DNA of 64,000 nucleotides from Candidatus Moraniibacteriota bacterium. GTDB taxonomy: Bacteria > Patescibacteriota > Minisyncoccia > Moranbacterales > GCA-2747515. The position numbers and the translations under genes were made by a program. Shown piece after piece: positions 1 through 9,740 of this stretch. Below the pieces are notes generated by a model. It worked only from the letters and a program-made list of their open reading frames with translations. It was not told the origin of the DNA and did not search any database. Position 1 is the first letter of the stretch; the number at the start of each line of letters is the position of its first letter. The DNA is taken from positions 5,714 to 69,713 of the forward strand of contig JALVQA010000013.1 in NCBI GenBank assembly GCA_027031495.1, written 5' to 3'.

Positions 1-149
1 TTCTGTGCCAATTCACGTACACAAATACGACACATGTTGAAGAATCGCAGATACCCACGCTTACGGCCACAGCGCCAACAACGCAAGACCTTACGTGTTG
101 AGTATTTTGGTGTTTTCTTTGATCGTGCTATTACTGATTTTTTAGCCAT
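1..149 (-). CDS. rpsZ: 30S ribosomal protein S14 type Z (zinc-binding), C-terminal part cut by the window edge
   Basis: Reverse-strand translation from the ATG at 147-149 gives MAKKSVIARSKKTPKYSTRKVLRCWRCGRKRGYLRFFNMCRICVRELAQ. It has the CxxC...CxxC zinc ribbon and sits after rplE, as in a spc operon. Confidence 0.75.
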   Translation of the reverse strand, partial: MAKKSVIARSKKTPKYSTRKVLRCWRCGRKRGYLRFFNMCRICVRELAQ

Positions 150-181
150 AATCTTTTATGTAGAATAAATATATCTATGAA

Positions 182-742
182 TTATTTTTCATCATCTCTG
201 TGAAGCGGTATACCAAGCGCGCGAAAAAGAGTCTCACCCTCTTCCTTATTACGTGCCGTCGTTTTTACCGTAACTTGCAACCCGAAAATGTGAACAGCTT
301 TCTCCGGCACGATTTCAGGAAATACTGTATGTTCACGGATACCAATATTAAGATTGCCATAACTATCAACTCCTGATAATTTAATACCCTGGAAATCACG
401 TACACGTGGCAATGCTATCACAACCAATCTATCCAAAAAATCCCACATACGGTCACCGCGCAACGTTGCCATCACACCAATATCCTGTCCCTCACGAATT
501 TTAAAACCAGCAATAGATTTTCGTGCTTTTGTTGTTACAGGTTTCTGACCGACGATTGCAGTTATGCCATCAACCACCTCTTTTACAACTGCCCTTTCCT
601 TTGCAAAGCGACCAATGCCGGCGTGTACAACGATACGATCTAGGCGCGGCAAAGCAAGAGGGTTTTTTGTCTTACACAAGGCCTCTAATGCCGGCACAGC
701 ATCTTTTACATACTTCTCTCTTGTACTTGGAATTGCTTTCAT
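182..742 (-). CDS. rplE: 50S ribosomal protein L5
   Basis: 186-aa ORF with a typical L5 sequence; it follows rplX in spc-operon order. Confidence 0.95.
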   Translation of the reverse strand: MKAIPSTREKYVKDAVPALEALCKTKNPLALPRLDRIVVHAGIGRFAKERAVVKEVVDGITAIVGQKPVTTKARKSIAGFKIREGQDIGVMATLRGDRMWDFLDRLVVIALPRVRDFQGIKLSGVDSYGNLNIGIREHTVFPEIVPEKAVHIFGLQVTVKTTARNKEEGETLFRALGIPLHRDDEK

Positions 743-763
743 ATTGCTCTAGAAACGAATAAT

Positions 764-1090
764 TTAAATCTCTTTACCACTTTTCCTTGATATACGTACT
801 TTTTGACCACCATCTGTTATCTTGTATCCTACGCGCGTCGGCTTGTCAGTATGCGGACACACAAGCATTACGTTTGACGCATCAATTTTGCCGGGAAATT
901 GTATGCGCTCACCAGACGTACCGGCACGACGTACTTTTACATGTTTCGTGACAATATTTACACCATCAACAACAACGCGTCCTTCAGCCGGATACACGCG
1001 CAGGATCGTTCCGCGCTTACCTCTATCCTTACCGGCAATTACTTCAACTGTGTCACCTTTTTTAATTCGCATAGGTTTAATTATTGTCAT
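764..1090 (-). CDS. rplX: 50S ribosomal protein L24
   Basis: 108 aa with a KOW motif (MRIKKGDTVEVIAGKDRGKRG); lies between rplN and rplE. Confidence 0.9.
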   Translation of the reverse strand: MTIIKPMRIKKGDTVEVIAGKDRGKRGTILRVYPAEGRVVVDGVNIVTKHVKVRRAGTSGERIQFPGKIDASNVMLVCPHTDKPTRVGYKITDGGQKVRISRKSGKEI

Positions 1091-1092
1091 TC

Positions 1093-1461
1093 TTACAAAA
1101 CTTCTGGTGCCTGCGAAATAATTTTCGCATACCCTCTCTCACGCAACTCACGTGCAATTGGACCAAAAACACGCGTACCGCGTGGCTGCTTTTGCGCATC
1201 AATAATCACTGCAGCATTTTCATCAAAACGGATGTACGACCCGTCCTTTCGGCCAAACGCCTTTTTCTGACGCACGATCACGGCACGAACAACGTCACCC
1301 TTCTTCACAGCAGCACGTGGCTCGGCAGATTTTACAGATGCCACAATTACATCACCGATCTGCGCATAGCGACGTCGTGAGCCACCGAGCACCTTGAAAC
1401 ATTCGATGATTTTCGCACCGGAATTATCTGCAACTTTCAATTTTGTCTCTGCCTGAATCAT
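1093..1461 (-). CDS. rplN: 50S ribosomal protein L14
   Basis: 122 aa starting [17 protein letters not shown], canonical for L14. Confidence 0.95.
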   Translation of the reverse strand: MIQAETKLKVADNSGAKIIECFKVLGGSRRRYAQIGDVIVASVKSAEPRAAVKKGDVVRAVIVRQKKAFGRKDGSYIRFDENAAVIIDAQKQPRGTRVFGPIARELRERGYAKIISQAPEVL

Positions 1462-1492
1462 AATTTTAAATTAAATTCCTTCTATAAAAAAT

Positions 1493-1738
1493 TTACTCGG
1501 TAACAACAAACTTTTTACGCTTGCTTATCGGCTTTGAGCATGCAAATGTCACAACATCACCCTCCTTATACCGATTATCAGGATCGTGCACAGCATACTT
1601 TTTTGTAACACGATATTTTTTACGATATTTTGGATGTGTTACAAAACGCTCAACAGCGACAACAATCGTTTTATCTGCTTTATCGGATACAACTACGCCC
1701 TGCCATTGACGCGCCTTTTTTACTTCTACTTTCGACAT
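1493..1738 (-). CDS. rpsQ: 30S ribosomal protein S17
   Basis: 81 aa; the QWQGVVVSDKADKTIVVAVERFVTHPKYRK motif is typical of S17. Confidence 0.9.
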   Translation of the reverse strand: MSKVEVKKARQWQGVVVSDKADKTIVVAVERFVTHPKYRKKYRVTKKYAVHDPDNRYKEGDVVTFACSKPISKRKKFVVTE

Positions 1739-1762
1739 AATGATTAGATCATTGAGAGTTAA

Positions 1763-1969
1763 CTATTGATTGCGCTCATCCTGCGCACGTTGTGCTAAAA
1801 CCGTTTTGATGCGAGCGATTGCGCGACGCATCTTGCTGCGAGCACTCGTATCACGTTCTTGCTGAATGGATGTACTAAACCGATGCTCGCGCAACTTACC
1901 CTCCAGCACAGCAAGTTCTTTTACAAGATCCTCACTCGTTTTTTCTCGAATTTCTTGCATTGTAATCAT
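1763..1969 (-). CDS. rpmC: 50S ribosomal protein L29
   Basis: 68-aa helical protein lying between rplP and rpsQ; its stop overlaps the rplP start by 4 nt. Confidence 0.8.
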   Translation of the reverse strand: MITMQEIREKTSEDLVKELAVLEGKLREHRFSTSIQQERDTSARSKMRRAIARIKTVLAQRAQDERNQ

Positions 1970-2382
1970 ACACTTTCTCGTTTAACAAACTTTGTTTTTA
2001 CAGCTAATTTGTGAGACGCACGCTCAAATGCGCCACGCGCTACGGTTTCAGGTACACCGTCCACTTCAAAGAGGATTGTTCCTGCTTTTACTCTTGCGAC
2101 ATAGTGATCAACAGATCCCTTACCCTTACCCATCGGAACCTCTGCACCCTTTTTCGTCATTGGATGATCAGGAAAAATGCGAATCCACACCTTACCATCA
2201 CGCTGCATATAGCGAGTGATTGCACGACGTGCAGCCTCAATTTGACGAGCTGATATGAGACCCGGTGTCATTGCCTTAATCCCATAACTCCCAAAACTCA
2301 CTGTAATTCCACGCGTTGCAACACGCTTAATTGGACCTCCGCGGTGCAACTTACGATGTTTAGTTTTTTTTGGCATTAACAT
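1966..2382 (-). CDS. rplP: 50S ribosomal protein L16
   Basis: 138 aa starting [15 protein letters not shown], an L16 signature. Confidence 0.95.
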   Translation of the reverse strand: MLMPKKTKHRKLHRGGPIKRVATRGITVSFGSYGIKAMTPGLISARQIEAARRAITRYMQRDGKVWIRIFPDHPMTKKGAEVPMGKGKGSVDHYVARVKAGTILFEVDGVPETVARGAFERASHKLAVKTKFVKRESV

Positions 2383-2430
2383 ATGTGTGTAGCAATCAGA
2401 TATTTCTTACTCTTTGGCATCTAGTATAAT

Positions 2431-3093
2431 TTACTTCTTTTCTCGCGTTGTGTCAAATTTTTCACCCTTATAGATCCATACTTTGACACCAATCGCGCCA
2501 TATGTTGTTCGCGCAGTATCCTTCGCATAATCAATAACAGCGCGCAATGTCTGTAGTGGGATACGACCGTCGGACATCCACTCGCGACGACTCATTTCAG
2601 CGCCATCCAGTCGACCGGATACCTCAAGTTTTACACCCTTCACATCACGATTGCGTTTTACACTTTCCAGTGTTGTTTTGAGTGTACGACGAAATGGCAT
2701 ACGCTTCTCAAGAGTTTGTACAATTTGCTGGGCAACTAATGCAGCGTCTTCCTCAACACGACGCACCTCACGCACATCAACTTTCACTTGTGTTGGCTTA
2801 CCAGCAAAAAATATCTTCTTAATCTTTGTTATCATATCCTCAATGCCAGTGCCACCGCGACCGATGAGAACACCGGGACGCCCTGTGCGTACAATAACAT
2901 TGACAAGACCAGGTGCGCGCTCAATGCTCACGCTTGAGATGGCGGCATCTTTCCATGTTTTCTTTACATAATTGCGAATTTTTACATCGGATTCGAGGTT
3001 TTTTGCAAAGTCTTTTTTTGTATCAAACCATCGCGACTGCCAAGTGCGCGTTATACCGATGCGAAATGAACGTGGATCAACTTTCTGTCCCAT
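2431..3093 (-). CDS. rpsC: 30S ribosomal protein S3
   Basis: 220 aa with a KH-domain GRPGVLIGRGG motif and an S3 N-terminus. Confidence 0.95.
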   Translation of the reverse strand: MGQKVDPRSFRIGITRTWQSRWFDTKKDFAKNLESDVKIRNYVKKTWKDAAISSVSIERAPGLVNVIVRTGRPGVLIGRGGTGIEDMITKIKKIFFAGKPTQVKVDVREVRRVEEDAALVAQQIVQTLEKRMPFRRTLKTTLESVKRNRDVKGVKLEVSGRLDGAEMSRREWMSDGRIPLQTLRAVIDYAKDTARTTYGAIGVKVWIYKGEKFDTTREKK

Positions 3094-3106
3094 AGAGCGG
3101 AATTAT

Positions 3107-3640
3107 TTATGATGATTTGCGGCGAAACATACGTTGCTTTTTTGCAGCTGCTGTATCCGCCTTCTTATTACTTACTACATGTGTATCCTGAAAAGTACTG
3201 GATTTTGCGGTAGAACCATCCTCCTGCTTTTTTGTATCACTTACCTTTCCTGCATTCTCCTTTGTGCGCGTTTTTTGCTCAGGTTCTACGCGATTCTTAC
3301 CATCCTCAATCTCTGCAAGCACCATTGTAATGTGAGAAGTTCGTTTAAGAATTTTCGTTGCGCGACCATGTGCACGCGGCATCCACCTTTTGAGCGTCAT
3401 CCCTTCATTAACATACAACTCCGCAATATAGAGATTATCCGCATCAAAACCATAATTATGACGTGCATTTGCAACACCGCTTTTAAGCAGTTTTTCCATT
3501 GGCTGTGCGGAACGCTTTTCCATTACTGCCAGCTGGCGCTGTGCTTCGCGCACGGTTTTGCCTCGTACTGCATCAGCAACCAAGCGCACCTTATATGGCG
3601 AGATACGCAACCGATTCAGTTGTACTTTCAGTGTAGCCAT
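3107..3640 (-). CDS. rplV: 50S ribosomal protein L22 with a roughly 60-aa basic/polar C-terminal extension
   Basis: 177 aa; an L22 core (LNRLRISPYKVRLVADAVRGK) followed by a K/T/S-rich tail. Confidence 0.9.
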   Translation of the reverse strand: MATLKVQLNRLRISPYKVRLVADAVRGKTVREAQRQLAVMEKRSAQPMEKLLKSGVANARHNYGFDADNLYIAELYVNEGMTLKRWMPRAHGRATKILKRTSHITMVLAEIEDGKNRVEPEQKTRTKENAGKVSDTKKQEDGSTAKSSTFQDTHVVSNKKADTAAAKKQRMFRRKSS

Positions 3641-3675
3641 TGCTTTATACTAATAATTAAAATTATACCGTAAAA

Positions 3676-4005
3676 CTATGCCGCCTTGCGAAGACGTGCT
3701 GCCTCCGCCTCACGCTGCTTTGCAGCCATATCAAGCTCCTTCTGCATTTTACCACCATGGCGTATGAAGCGACGTGTCGGTGCAAATTCACCAAGGCGAT
3801 GACCAACCATTTCTTCCGTCACATACACTTCGATGAAATCTTTACCATTATGCACATGAAACGTGAAACCAATCATTTCAGGTGTAATTACACACGCACG
3901 CGACCATGTTTTAATCGGCGTTTTCTTCTTCGCATTTTTCTGAGCAAGGACTTTTTTCAATACCCGCTCGTCTACGTATGGCCCTTTTTTGAGACTTCTA
4001 CTCAT
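3676..4005 (-). CDS. rpsS: 30S ribosomal protein S19
   Basis: 109 aa starting [12 protein letters not shown] ... HNGK, canonical S19. Confidence 0.95.
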   Translation of the reverse strand: MSRSLKKGPYVDERVLKKVLAQKNAKKKTPIKTWSRACVITPEMIGFTFHVHNGKDFIEVYVTEEMVGHRLGEFAPTRRFIRHGGKMQKELDMAAKQREAEAARLRKAA

Positions 4006-4034
4006 AAGTCAATCTAGATAAATAATACTTGTAA

Positions 4035-4877
4035 TTATCGACGCTTTCGTTCTTGCCGTCGCTTGAGAATAAACCTGTCACTGAAACGATGTTTGCGACG
4101 TGTTTTTGTGCCAAGCGTTGGCTTGCCCCACGGTGTTTTCGGATATTTCAAACCGATTGGCTGTCGTCCTTCGCCACCACCATGCGGATGGTCAACAGGA
4201 TTCATCGCGCTACCACGTACATGTGGACGACGACGCTTCCATCGACTACGTCCAGCCTTACCAATGCGCTCTGCACTGTGTTCAAAATTACTCATCGCAC
4301 CAATCGTTGCATAGCACTTCTCATTGATGAGGCGAATCTCACCTGATGGCATTTTAATCTGCGCATAACCATTCTCAAGAGCCATAAGGGTCGCACTACT
4401 TCCAGCGCTACGCACAATTTGACCACCTTTGCCAATTTTCATCTCAATATTTGAAATAATCGTACCAGTTGGAATGCGTAGCAACTGGAGACGATTACCC
4501 TGCTCAATCGGTGCATCCGGCCCTGACTGTACAACCTGCCCCTTCTTCATACCGGCACTTGCTAAAATATAACGCTTTTCACCATCTGCATAGTGTACTA
4601 ACGCAATAATCGCTGAACGGTTTGGATCACGTTCAAGCGCAGCAATCGTGCCCGGTATGCCAAACTTATCCTGCTTGAAATCGATTATGCGATACATGCG
4701 CTTGTGTCCACCGCCGCGGTGGCGCACAGATATCTTCCCAGCACTCGTGCGACCAGCACGGTTTTTTATTGGCGCGAGCAAGCTTTTTTCCGGTTTCTTG
4801 TCAGAAACACCATCCGGCTTCACAATAGACATATTGCGTCGCCCCGCCGTATTTCGTTTGTAGATTTTAATTGCCAT
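4035..4877 (-). CDS. rplB: 50S ribosomal protein L2
   Basis: 280 aa with typical L2 motifs, including the [10 protein letters not shown] box. Confidence 0.95.
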   Translation of the reverse strand: MAIKIYKRNTAGRRNMSIVKPDGVSDKKPEKSLLAPIKNRAGRTSAGKISVRHRGGGHKRMYRIIDFKQDKFGIPGTIAALERDPNRSAIIALVHYADGEKRYILASAGMKKGQVVQSGPDAPIEQGNRLQLLRIPTGTIISNIEMKIGKGGQIVRSAGSSATLMALENGYAQIKMPSGEIRLINEKCYATIGAMSNFEHSAERIGKAGRSRWKRRRPHVRGSAMNPVDHPHGGGEGRQPIGLKYPKTPWGKPTLGTKTRRKHRFSDRFILKRRQERKRR

Positions 4878-4901
4878 ATAGGTAAATAATTCTTTATACT
4901 A

Positions 4902-5285
4902 CTATTCAAACAAATCTATTTTCTGCCCCTCTTTTACCGTTACAATCGCTTTCTTCTGCGTCTTCGTTTTACCACTTATACCTCTAAACGATGTGTTTTG
5001 CTTCTTCTTTACCGTCATATTAACCTTTACGACGTCAACACCGAATATATCAGACACAGCCTTTTGTACTTGAGCTTTTGTCGCACGCGTATGTACACGA
5101 AAAACATACTTCCCTTTCTCAGAAAGCGTATATGCCTTCTCTGTCACAACCGGCGAAAGGAGGACATGTGCAAAAACTGATAGTGCAGTCACTTTCTTTT
5201 TCTTCTTCGTCTTTGTAGCGTCAGAAGACTTTGTGTTCTTTGCTTTCGCTACATCTTCCTCTTTTTTTCTACTAAACAATGCCAT
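4902..5285 (-). CDS. rplW: 50S ribosomal protein L23 with a lysine-rich N-terminal extension
   Basis: 127 aa; an L23 core after an approximately 35-aa K-rich leader; operon position agrees. Confidence 0.85.
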   Translation of the reverse strand: MALFSRKKEEDVAKAKNTKSSDATKTKKKKKVTALSVFAHVLLSPVVTEKAYTLSEKGKYVFRVHTRATKAQVQKAVSDIFGVDVVKVNMTVKKKQNTSFRGISGKTKTQKKAIVTVKEGQKIDLFE

Positions 5286-5300
5286 GGCTTATGTACTTTA

Positions 5301-5954
5301 CTAATTCTTTACTGCGCCCGTCTTTTCTGCAAGACGTGCTTCCAATTTTTTTAACGCATCCTTGCTTATCAAAACAATCGCGTGATTAACCATATCATAC
5401 GCATTAACCGTTGATAGCGATCGGCTTTTCACACGTGGAATGTTGCGCGCTGTTAGTGATACAGCACTCTCATCCTCTGAAAGAACCACAACACATGACT
5501 TATCAGCAATTTTCAATGCATTAAGCGCTTGTGCCATATGTTTTGTCTTCATTTCATCGAATGAGAAGCTGTCTACAACTAATAGCTGATCTGCGCGCAC
5601 CTTCTCGGAAAGCGCTACGGCCATTGCCTTACGGCGCATTTTTACTGTCGTTTTCTTTTTAAAATTCTTTTCACTTCGTGGACCAAATACAACGCCACCA
5701 CCGCGCCAGATCGGATTACGAATAGATCCTGTCCGCGCATTACCAGTACCTTTCTGCTTCCACGGTTTACGGCCAGAACCTTTGCGCTCACCACGATCCT
5801 TTGTGTGCGCCGTCGACTGTCGTCTGTTTGCCGCATAGGCCACAACAACCTGGTGAAGCAGTGTCATATTTTCCGGAACAGAGAAAACGGCATCAGACAC
5901 ATCAACTGTGCCAGACTTCTCTCCCTTAATTGTGTATACATTAAGCTGCGTCAT
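5301..5954 (-). CDS. rplD: 50S ribosomal protein L4
   Basis: 217 aa containing the L4 box KGTGNARTGSIRNPIWRGGGVVFGP. Confidence 0.9.
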   Translation of the reverse strand: MTQLNVYTIKGEKSGTVDVSDAVFSVPENMTLLHQVVVAYAANRRQSTAHTKDRGERKGSGRKPWKQKGTGNARTGSIRNPIWRGGGVVFGPRSEKNFKKKTTVKMRRKAMAVALSEKVRADQLLVVDSFSFDEMKTKHMAQALNALKIADKSCVVVLSEDESAVSLTARNIPRVKSRSLSTVNAYDMVNHAIVLISKDALKKLEARLAEKTGAVKN

Positions 5955-5968
5955 ATTCTTCCAATAAA

Positions 5969-6526
5969 CTAATCTTTTACAATAGAAACAATTCTTCCAT
6001 TTACACCAGGTACTGCCCCCTTCACTGCGATTATGTGGTTTTCTGCGTCAACAAGAACAACTGTCAAACCCTTTGTTGTGTGCTGCACACCACCCATGCG
6101 GCCAGCCATTTTTTTTCCCTTTCGCACATGCTGTGGGTATGCGCTACCGATAGAACCTGCTTGACGCAATACATGACGATGACCGTGTGATGCCGGACCA
6201 CCGGCAAATCCATACCTCTTCACAACGCCCTGGAAACCTTTTGCCTTTGTTGTGCCTGTTACCTTAACAGTATCGCCAACCTCAAAAACATCAACCGTTA
6301 TTTCTGTCCCCTCTTCCGGCGTTTCATCTGAACGGAATTCTTTGCGCACCTTCTTTTTTAATGTCTTATCAGCCTCAAGTTGCACGGCAGTATATCCATC
6401 GCGCTCTTGCGTACGCACCATACGTACAACATTCGGCGTGCAACGAATCAGCGTTACATTAAGCGCGCCCTTCTCTGCATCATACAGAGTTGTCATACCA
6501 ATTTTTTTGCCAAGAATTGCTTTCAT
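5969..6526 (-). CDS. rplC: 50S ribosomal protein L3. The start is taken at the internal Met (MKAILGKKIGMT), not at the longer ORF start at 6589.
   Basis: An L3 N-terminal signature appears only from the internal ATG at 6524-6526. The 21 upstream codons are hydrophobic junk. Confidence 0.9.
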   Translation of the reverse strand: MKAILGKKIGMTTLYDAEKGALNVTLIRCTPNVVRMVRTQERDGYTAVQLEADKTLKKKVRKEFRSDETPEEGTEITVDVFEVGDTVKVTGTTKAKGFQGVVKRYGFAGGPASHGHRHVLRQAGSIGSAYPQHVRKGKKMAGRMGGVQHTTKGLTVVLVDAENHIIAVKGAVPGVNGRIVSIVKD

Positions 6527-6842
6527 AAAAAAATAATCAATCCGTATCAAATAAAAATCAGCTCTGAAGCTGACCACATTCTCTTCCATAGTGGAAGCGA
6601 ATTTGCAGGTCGCCCAGTATCCGCAAGATCTGCGGACTTAAACGAGAATACACGTGCAAAAGAAATAAATCTTACAACAACATGGTTTATATTTTAAACC
6701 ATAATGTAAAATATTGCAAATTTTGCACACCCGCATACAGAAATCACTGTAAAACGGATCCTTTGGGAAAGAGTATCTCTCCCCCACAGGATCCGCCCCC
6801 TATCCAGAGACAGGGAGGCACTTTCTTTACAAAGAAGATTGG

Positions 6843-7166
6843 TTACATTTTAATTTCAACGTCAACACCGGCAGGAAGATCAAGATTTGTTAACTCATCA
6901 ATTGTCTTTGGTGTTGGATTCCAGATATCAATCAGTCGCTTATGAACACGCATCTCATACTGATCACGTGCCTTCTTGTGTACGAATGTTGACCTATTGA
7001 CTGTAATTTTGTGAATCTCTGTAGGTAGCGGCACCGGTCCCGAGACCTCAGCACCGCTCCGCAGAGCTGTTTCCACAATTTGCGCAGCTGATCGGTCAAT
7101 GACCTTGTGATCATATGCCTTAATACGGATACGAATACGCGTCTTTGCTTCTTCCTTCTTTGCCAT
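6843..7166 (-). CDS. rpsJ: 30S ribosomal protein S10
   Basis: 107 aa starting [34 protein letters not shown], canonical S10. Confidence 0.95.
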   Translation of the reverse strand: MAKKEEAKTRIRIRIKAYDHKVIDRSAAQIVETALRSGAEVSGPVPLPTEIHKITVNRSTFVHKKARDQYEMRVHKRLIDIWNPTPKTIDELTNLDLPAGVDVEIKM

Positions 7167-7240
7167 AAAAATATAACGATGTTCCTGAAAATGTCGTTAC
7201 ACACAAACATGTACGTAAACAGCCCACACTGACAGGTCAT

Positions 7241-7297
7241 CCCTATTCTTAAAAAATCTCCATCCGCATAGCGAGCGCTATGCAACGCTCGCTATGC
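7241..7297 (-). terminator. Intrinsic terminator downstream of tuf
   Basis: Perfect 12-bp stem (7266-7277 gcatagcgagcg pairing with 7286-7297 cgctcgctatgc) followed on the minus strand by a TTTTTT run (complement of 7244-7249). Confidence 0.5.
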
Positions 7298-7310
7298 AAT
7301 GTAGGTGTAA

Positions 7311-8501
7311 TTACTCAATAATCTTTGTTACAACACCAGCGCCAACAGTGCGACCACCCTCACGAATCGCGAAGCGCATACCATCTTCCATTGCCACAGG
7401 CGCAACAAGTTTTACTTTCAATGTAACAGTGTCACCAGGCATTACCATCTCTGTTCCCTCTGGCAACGTTACATCGCCAGTTACATCCGTTGTACGGATA
7501 TAGAACTGTGGCTTATATCCTTTGAAGAATGGTGTGTGACGACCACCTTCCTCCTTTGTCAAAATATACACCTCACCTTCAAACTCTGTATGTGGTGTAA
7601 TTGACCCTGGTGCAGCGAGAACTTGTCCACGCTCAACATCTTCTTTCTTGATACCGCGAAGAAGAAGTCCTGCATTGTCACCGGCTTCACCACGATCCAG
7701 TTGCTTGTTGAACATCTCAATACCAGTTACAACAGTCTTTTGAGTTTCACGCAAACCAACGATTTCAACTTCATCATTAAGGTTGATTACGCCACGCTCA
7801 ATACGACCTGTTACAACGGTACCACGACCTTCGATAGAGAAGATATCTTCAATAGGAAGCAAGAATGGCTTCTCCGTGTCACGCACTGGTTCAGGAATTT
7901 TTTCGTCAAGTGCTGCAACAAGATCAAGAATTGGCTTTGCATCAGGATCATCAGCGCTTTTTGTCTCAAGTGCCTTAAGAGCACTGCCCTGAATTACTGC
8001 AGCATTGTCGCCATCAAAATCATATTTTGAAAGAAGTTCACGCACCTCTGCCTCTACCAACTCAATAAGCTCAGGATCATCAACCATATCGCACTTGTTG
8101 ATGAATACAACAATCTCAGGCACACCAACCTGACGTGCAAGAAGAATGTGCTCACGCGTCTGTGGCATCGGACCATCTGTTGCAGACACAACAAGAATCG
8201 CACCATCCATCTGCGCTGCACCAGTAATCATGTTTTTGATGTAGTCAGCGTGACCAGGACAGTCAACGTGTGCATAGTGACGCTTTTCTGACTCGTACTC
8301 ACAGTGTGCTGTTGCGATCGTAATCCCGCGCTCTTTCTCCTCCGGCGCGTTATCAATATCATCAACACCACGCTCCTTTGCAAGACCCTTCAAAGAAAGG
8401 ACGTGCAGAATCGCAGCTGTTGTTGTTGTCTTACCATGGTCAACATGACCAATTGTTCCCACATTCACATGTGGCTTTTTTCGTTCAAACTTCTCTGCCA
8501 T
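7311..8501 (-). CDS. tuf: Elongation factor Tu
   Basis: 396 aa with the [10 protein letters not shown]-loop and DCPGHADY motif; full-length EF-Tu. Confidence 0.97.
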   Translation of the reverse strand: MAEKFERKKPHVNVGTIGHVDHGKTTTTAAILHVLSLKGLAKERGVDDIDNAPEEKERGITIATAHCEYESEKRHYAHVDCPGHADYIKNMITGAAQMDGAILVVSATDGPMPQTREHILLARQVGVPEIVVFINKCDMVDDPELIELVEAEVRELLSKYDFDGDNAAVIQGSALKALETKSADDPDAKPILDLVAALDEKIPEPVRDTEKPFLLPIEDIFSIEGRGTVVTGRIERGVINLNDEVEIVGLRETQKTVVTGIEMFNKQLDRGEAGDNAGLLLRGIKKEDVERGQVLAAPGSITPHTEFEGEVYILTKEEGGRHTPFFKGYKPQFYIRTTDVTGDVTLPEGTEMVMPGDTVTLKVKLVAPVAMEDGMRFAIREGGRTVGAGVVTKIIE

Positions 8502-8841
8502 AGTACTTTAAACTTAAATTGATAACGAAAGAAAGCGGCAACACCTTCTTGTGACTACAGATATCACAATTGAGCACCGCACTATTTTTTCACTATCAAT
8601 CAATAAATTAATTTATTATTACAATTTTTATATGCACAGAGGTCACGCAAAAACTCGTGCACACTCCTGTATACAGATGGCATTATAGCAAACTGATTTT
8701 GTTTGTCAATACTTTACTAAATTCACCAATTTTTCATCACATCTATCCATAAAAACAATCAAGTCCTTCCCTTCAAATGTTTTGATTTTTTTTCATTCTT
8801 TGTAGGTGACTTTATTTGCTCATGCGCAATAACACTGCACA

Positions 8842-9717
8842 TTATCGCAAGCGCCACACATCATTATGGACAGTAATCATTTTTTCCTTACGTAACACCC
8901 TCAGAAGTTCTTCCAACCATATACGATCCTTTGCCATATCCCAGTCTTTTTTAATTCGCTGCCCAATATCGTTGATATCTAGCGCACCATTGCGCAAAAC
9001 ATCAATAATGCGTCCGCGATAAATACGTCGCGGTACATGCACGCCATTCTCAGTACGACCTGGCTCTTTCTTTTTTGTGCGCACATAATCACACGGATCC
9101 GGGTATGATGCACATAGCGTTTTGAGTGGACATGTCGCACACTGCGGTGCTCGTCGCGTGCATACAAGAGATGCAAAATCCATGAGTGCATTGTGCCACT
9201 GCCTGCTTTCTCCTCGCGGCAACATTAACTCAGCGCTGACAGAGGCATTTTTGCCGCCGACATGCCATCGTCGCAGCAATCGCTCAACATTCACATCAAC
9301 AGCAACTGTATCGTCATTGTACCCAAAAACAAGTACAGCATGTGCCGTATATGGCCCGAAACCGGGCAGTGCCATAATTTCTTCTGATGTACGCGGCAAT
9401 TGTCCGTTATGCTCTTTAACAATAATACGCGCACTTCTGTGAAGATTGAGCGCGCGCCGGTTATAGCCGAGGCCACGCCATTGCGTGAGGACACGCGCCT
9501 GCGATGCGCGCGCAAGGTCTTTCCATGTCGGAAACACCTTCAAAAAAGTACTATAGCGCTCAACCACCTTTGGCACATTTGTTTGCTGAAGCATGATCTC
9601 CGCAACAGCAATCGCATACAAGTCGCGCGTATGTCGCCACGGCAGCGCACGACGACCACATTCTTTATACCAAGTAAAAACACGTCGCTGTATCGCTTTT
9701 CGCGTAGCATGATGCAT
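8842..9717 (-). CDS. HhH-GPD base-excision DNA glycosylase of the MutY/endonuclease III family, with a [4Fe-4S] cluster loop
   Basis: 291 aa; HhH-GPD core followed by CTRRAPQCATCPLKTLC (Cx6CxxCx5C). No C-terminal NUDIX-like domain; an approximately 80-aa unknown tail instead. Confidence 0.75.
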   Translation of the reverse strand: MHHATRKAIQRRVFTWYKECGRRALPWRHTRDLYAIAVAEIMLQQTNVPKVVERYSTFLKVFPTWKDLARASQARVLTQWRGLGYNRRALNLHRSARIIVKEHNGQLPRTSEEIMALPGFGPYTAHAVLVFGYNDDTVAVDVNVERLLRRWHVGGKNASVSAELMLPRGESRQWHNALMDFASLVCTRRAPQCATCPLKTLCASYPDPCDYVRTKKKEPGRTENGVHVPRRIYRGRIIDVLRNGALDINDIGQRIKKDWDMAKDRIWLEELLRVLRKEKMITVHNDVWRLR

Positions 9718-9740
9718 AACAGAAATTTACACCACCCACC

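Noticed and set aside
5969-6589. Longer (206 aa) version of rplC starting at 6589
   Set aside because: The first 21 codons (MEENVVSFRADFYLIRIDYFF) are not L3-like; the canonical L3 N-terminus begins at the internal Met at 6526.
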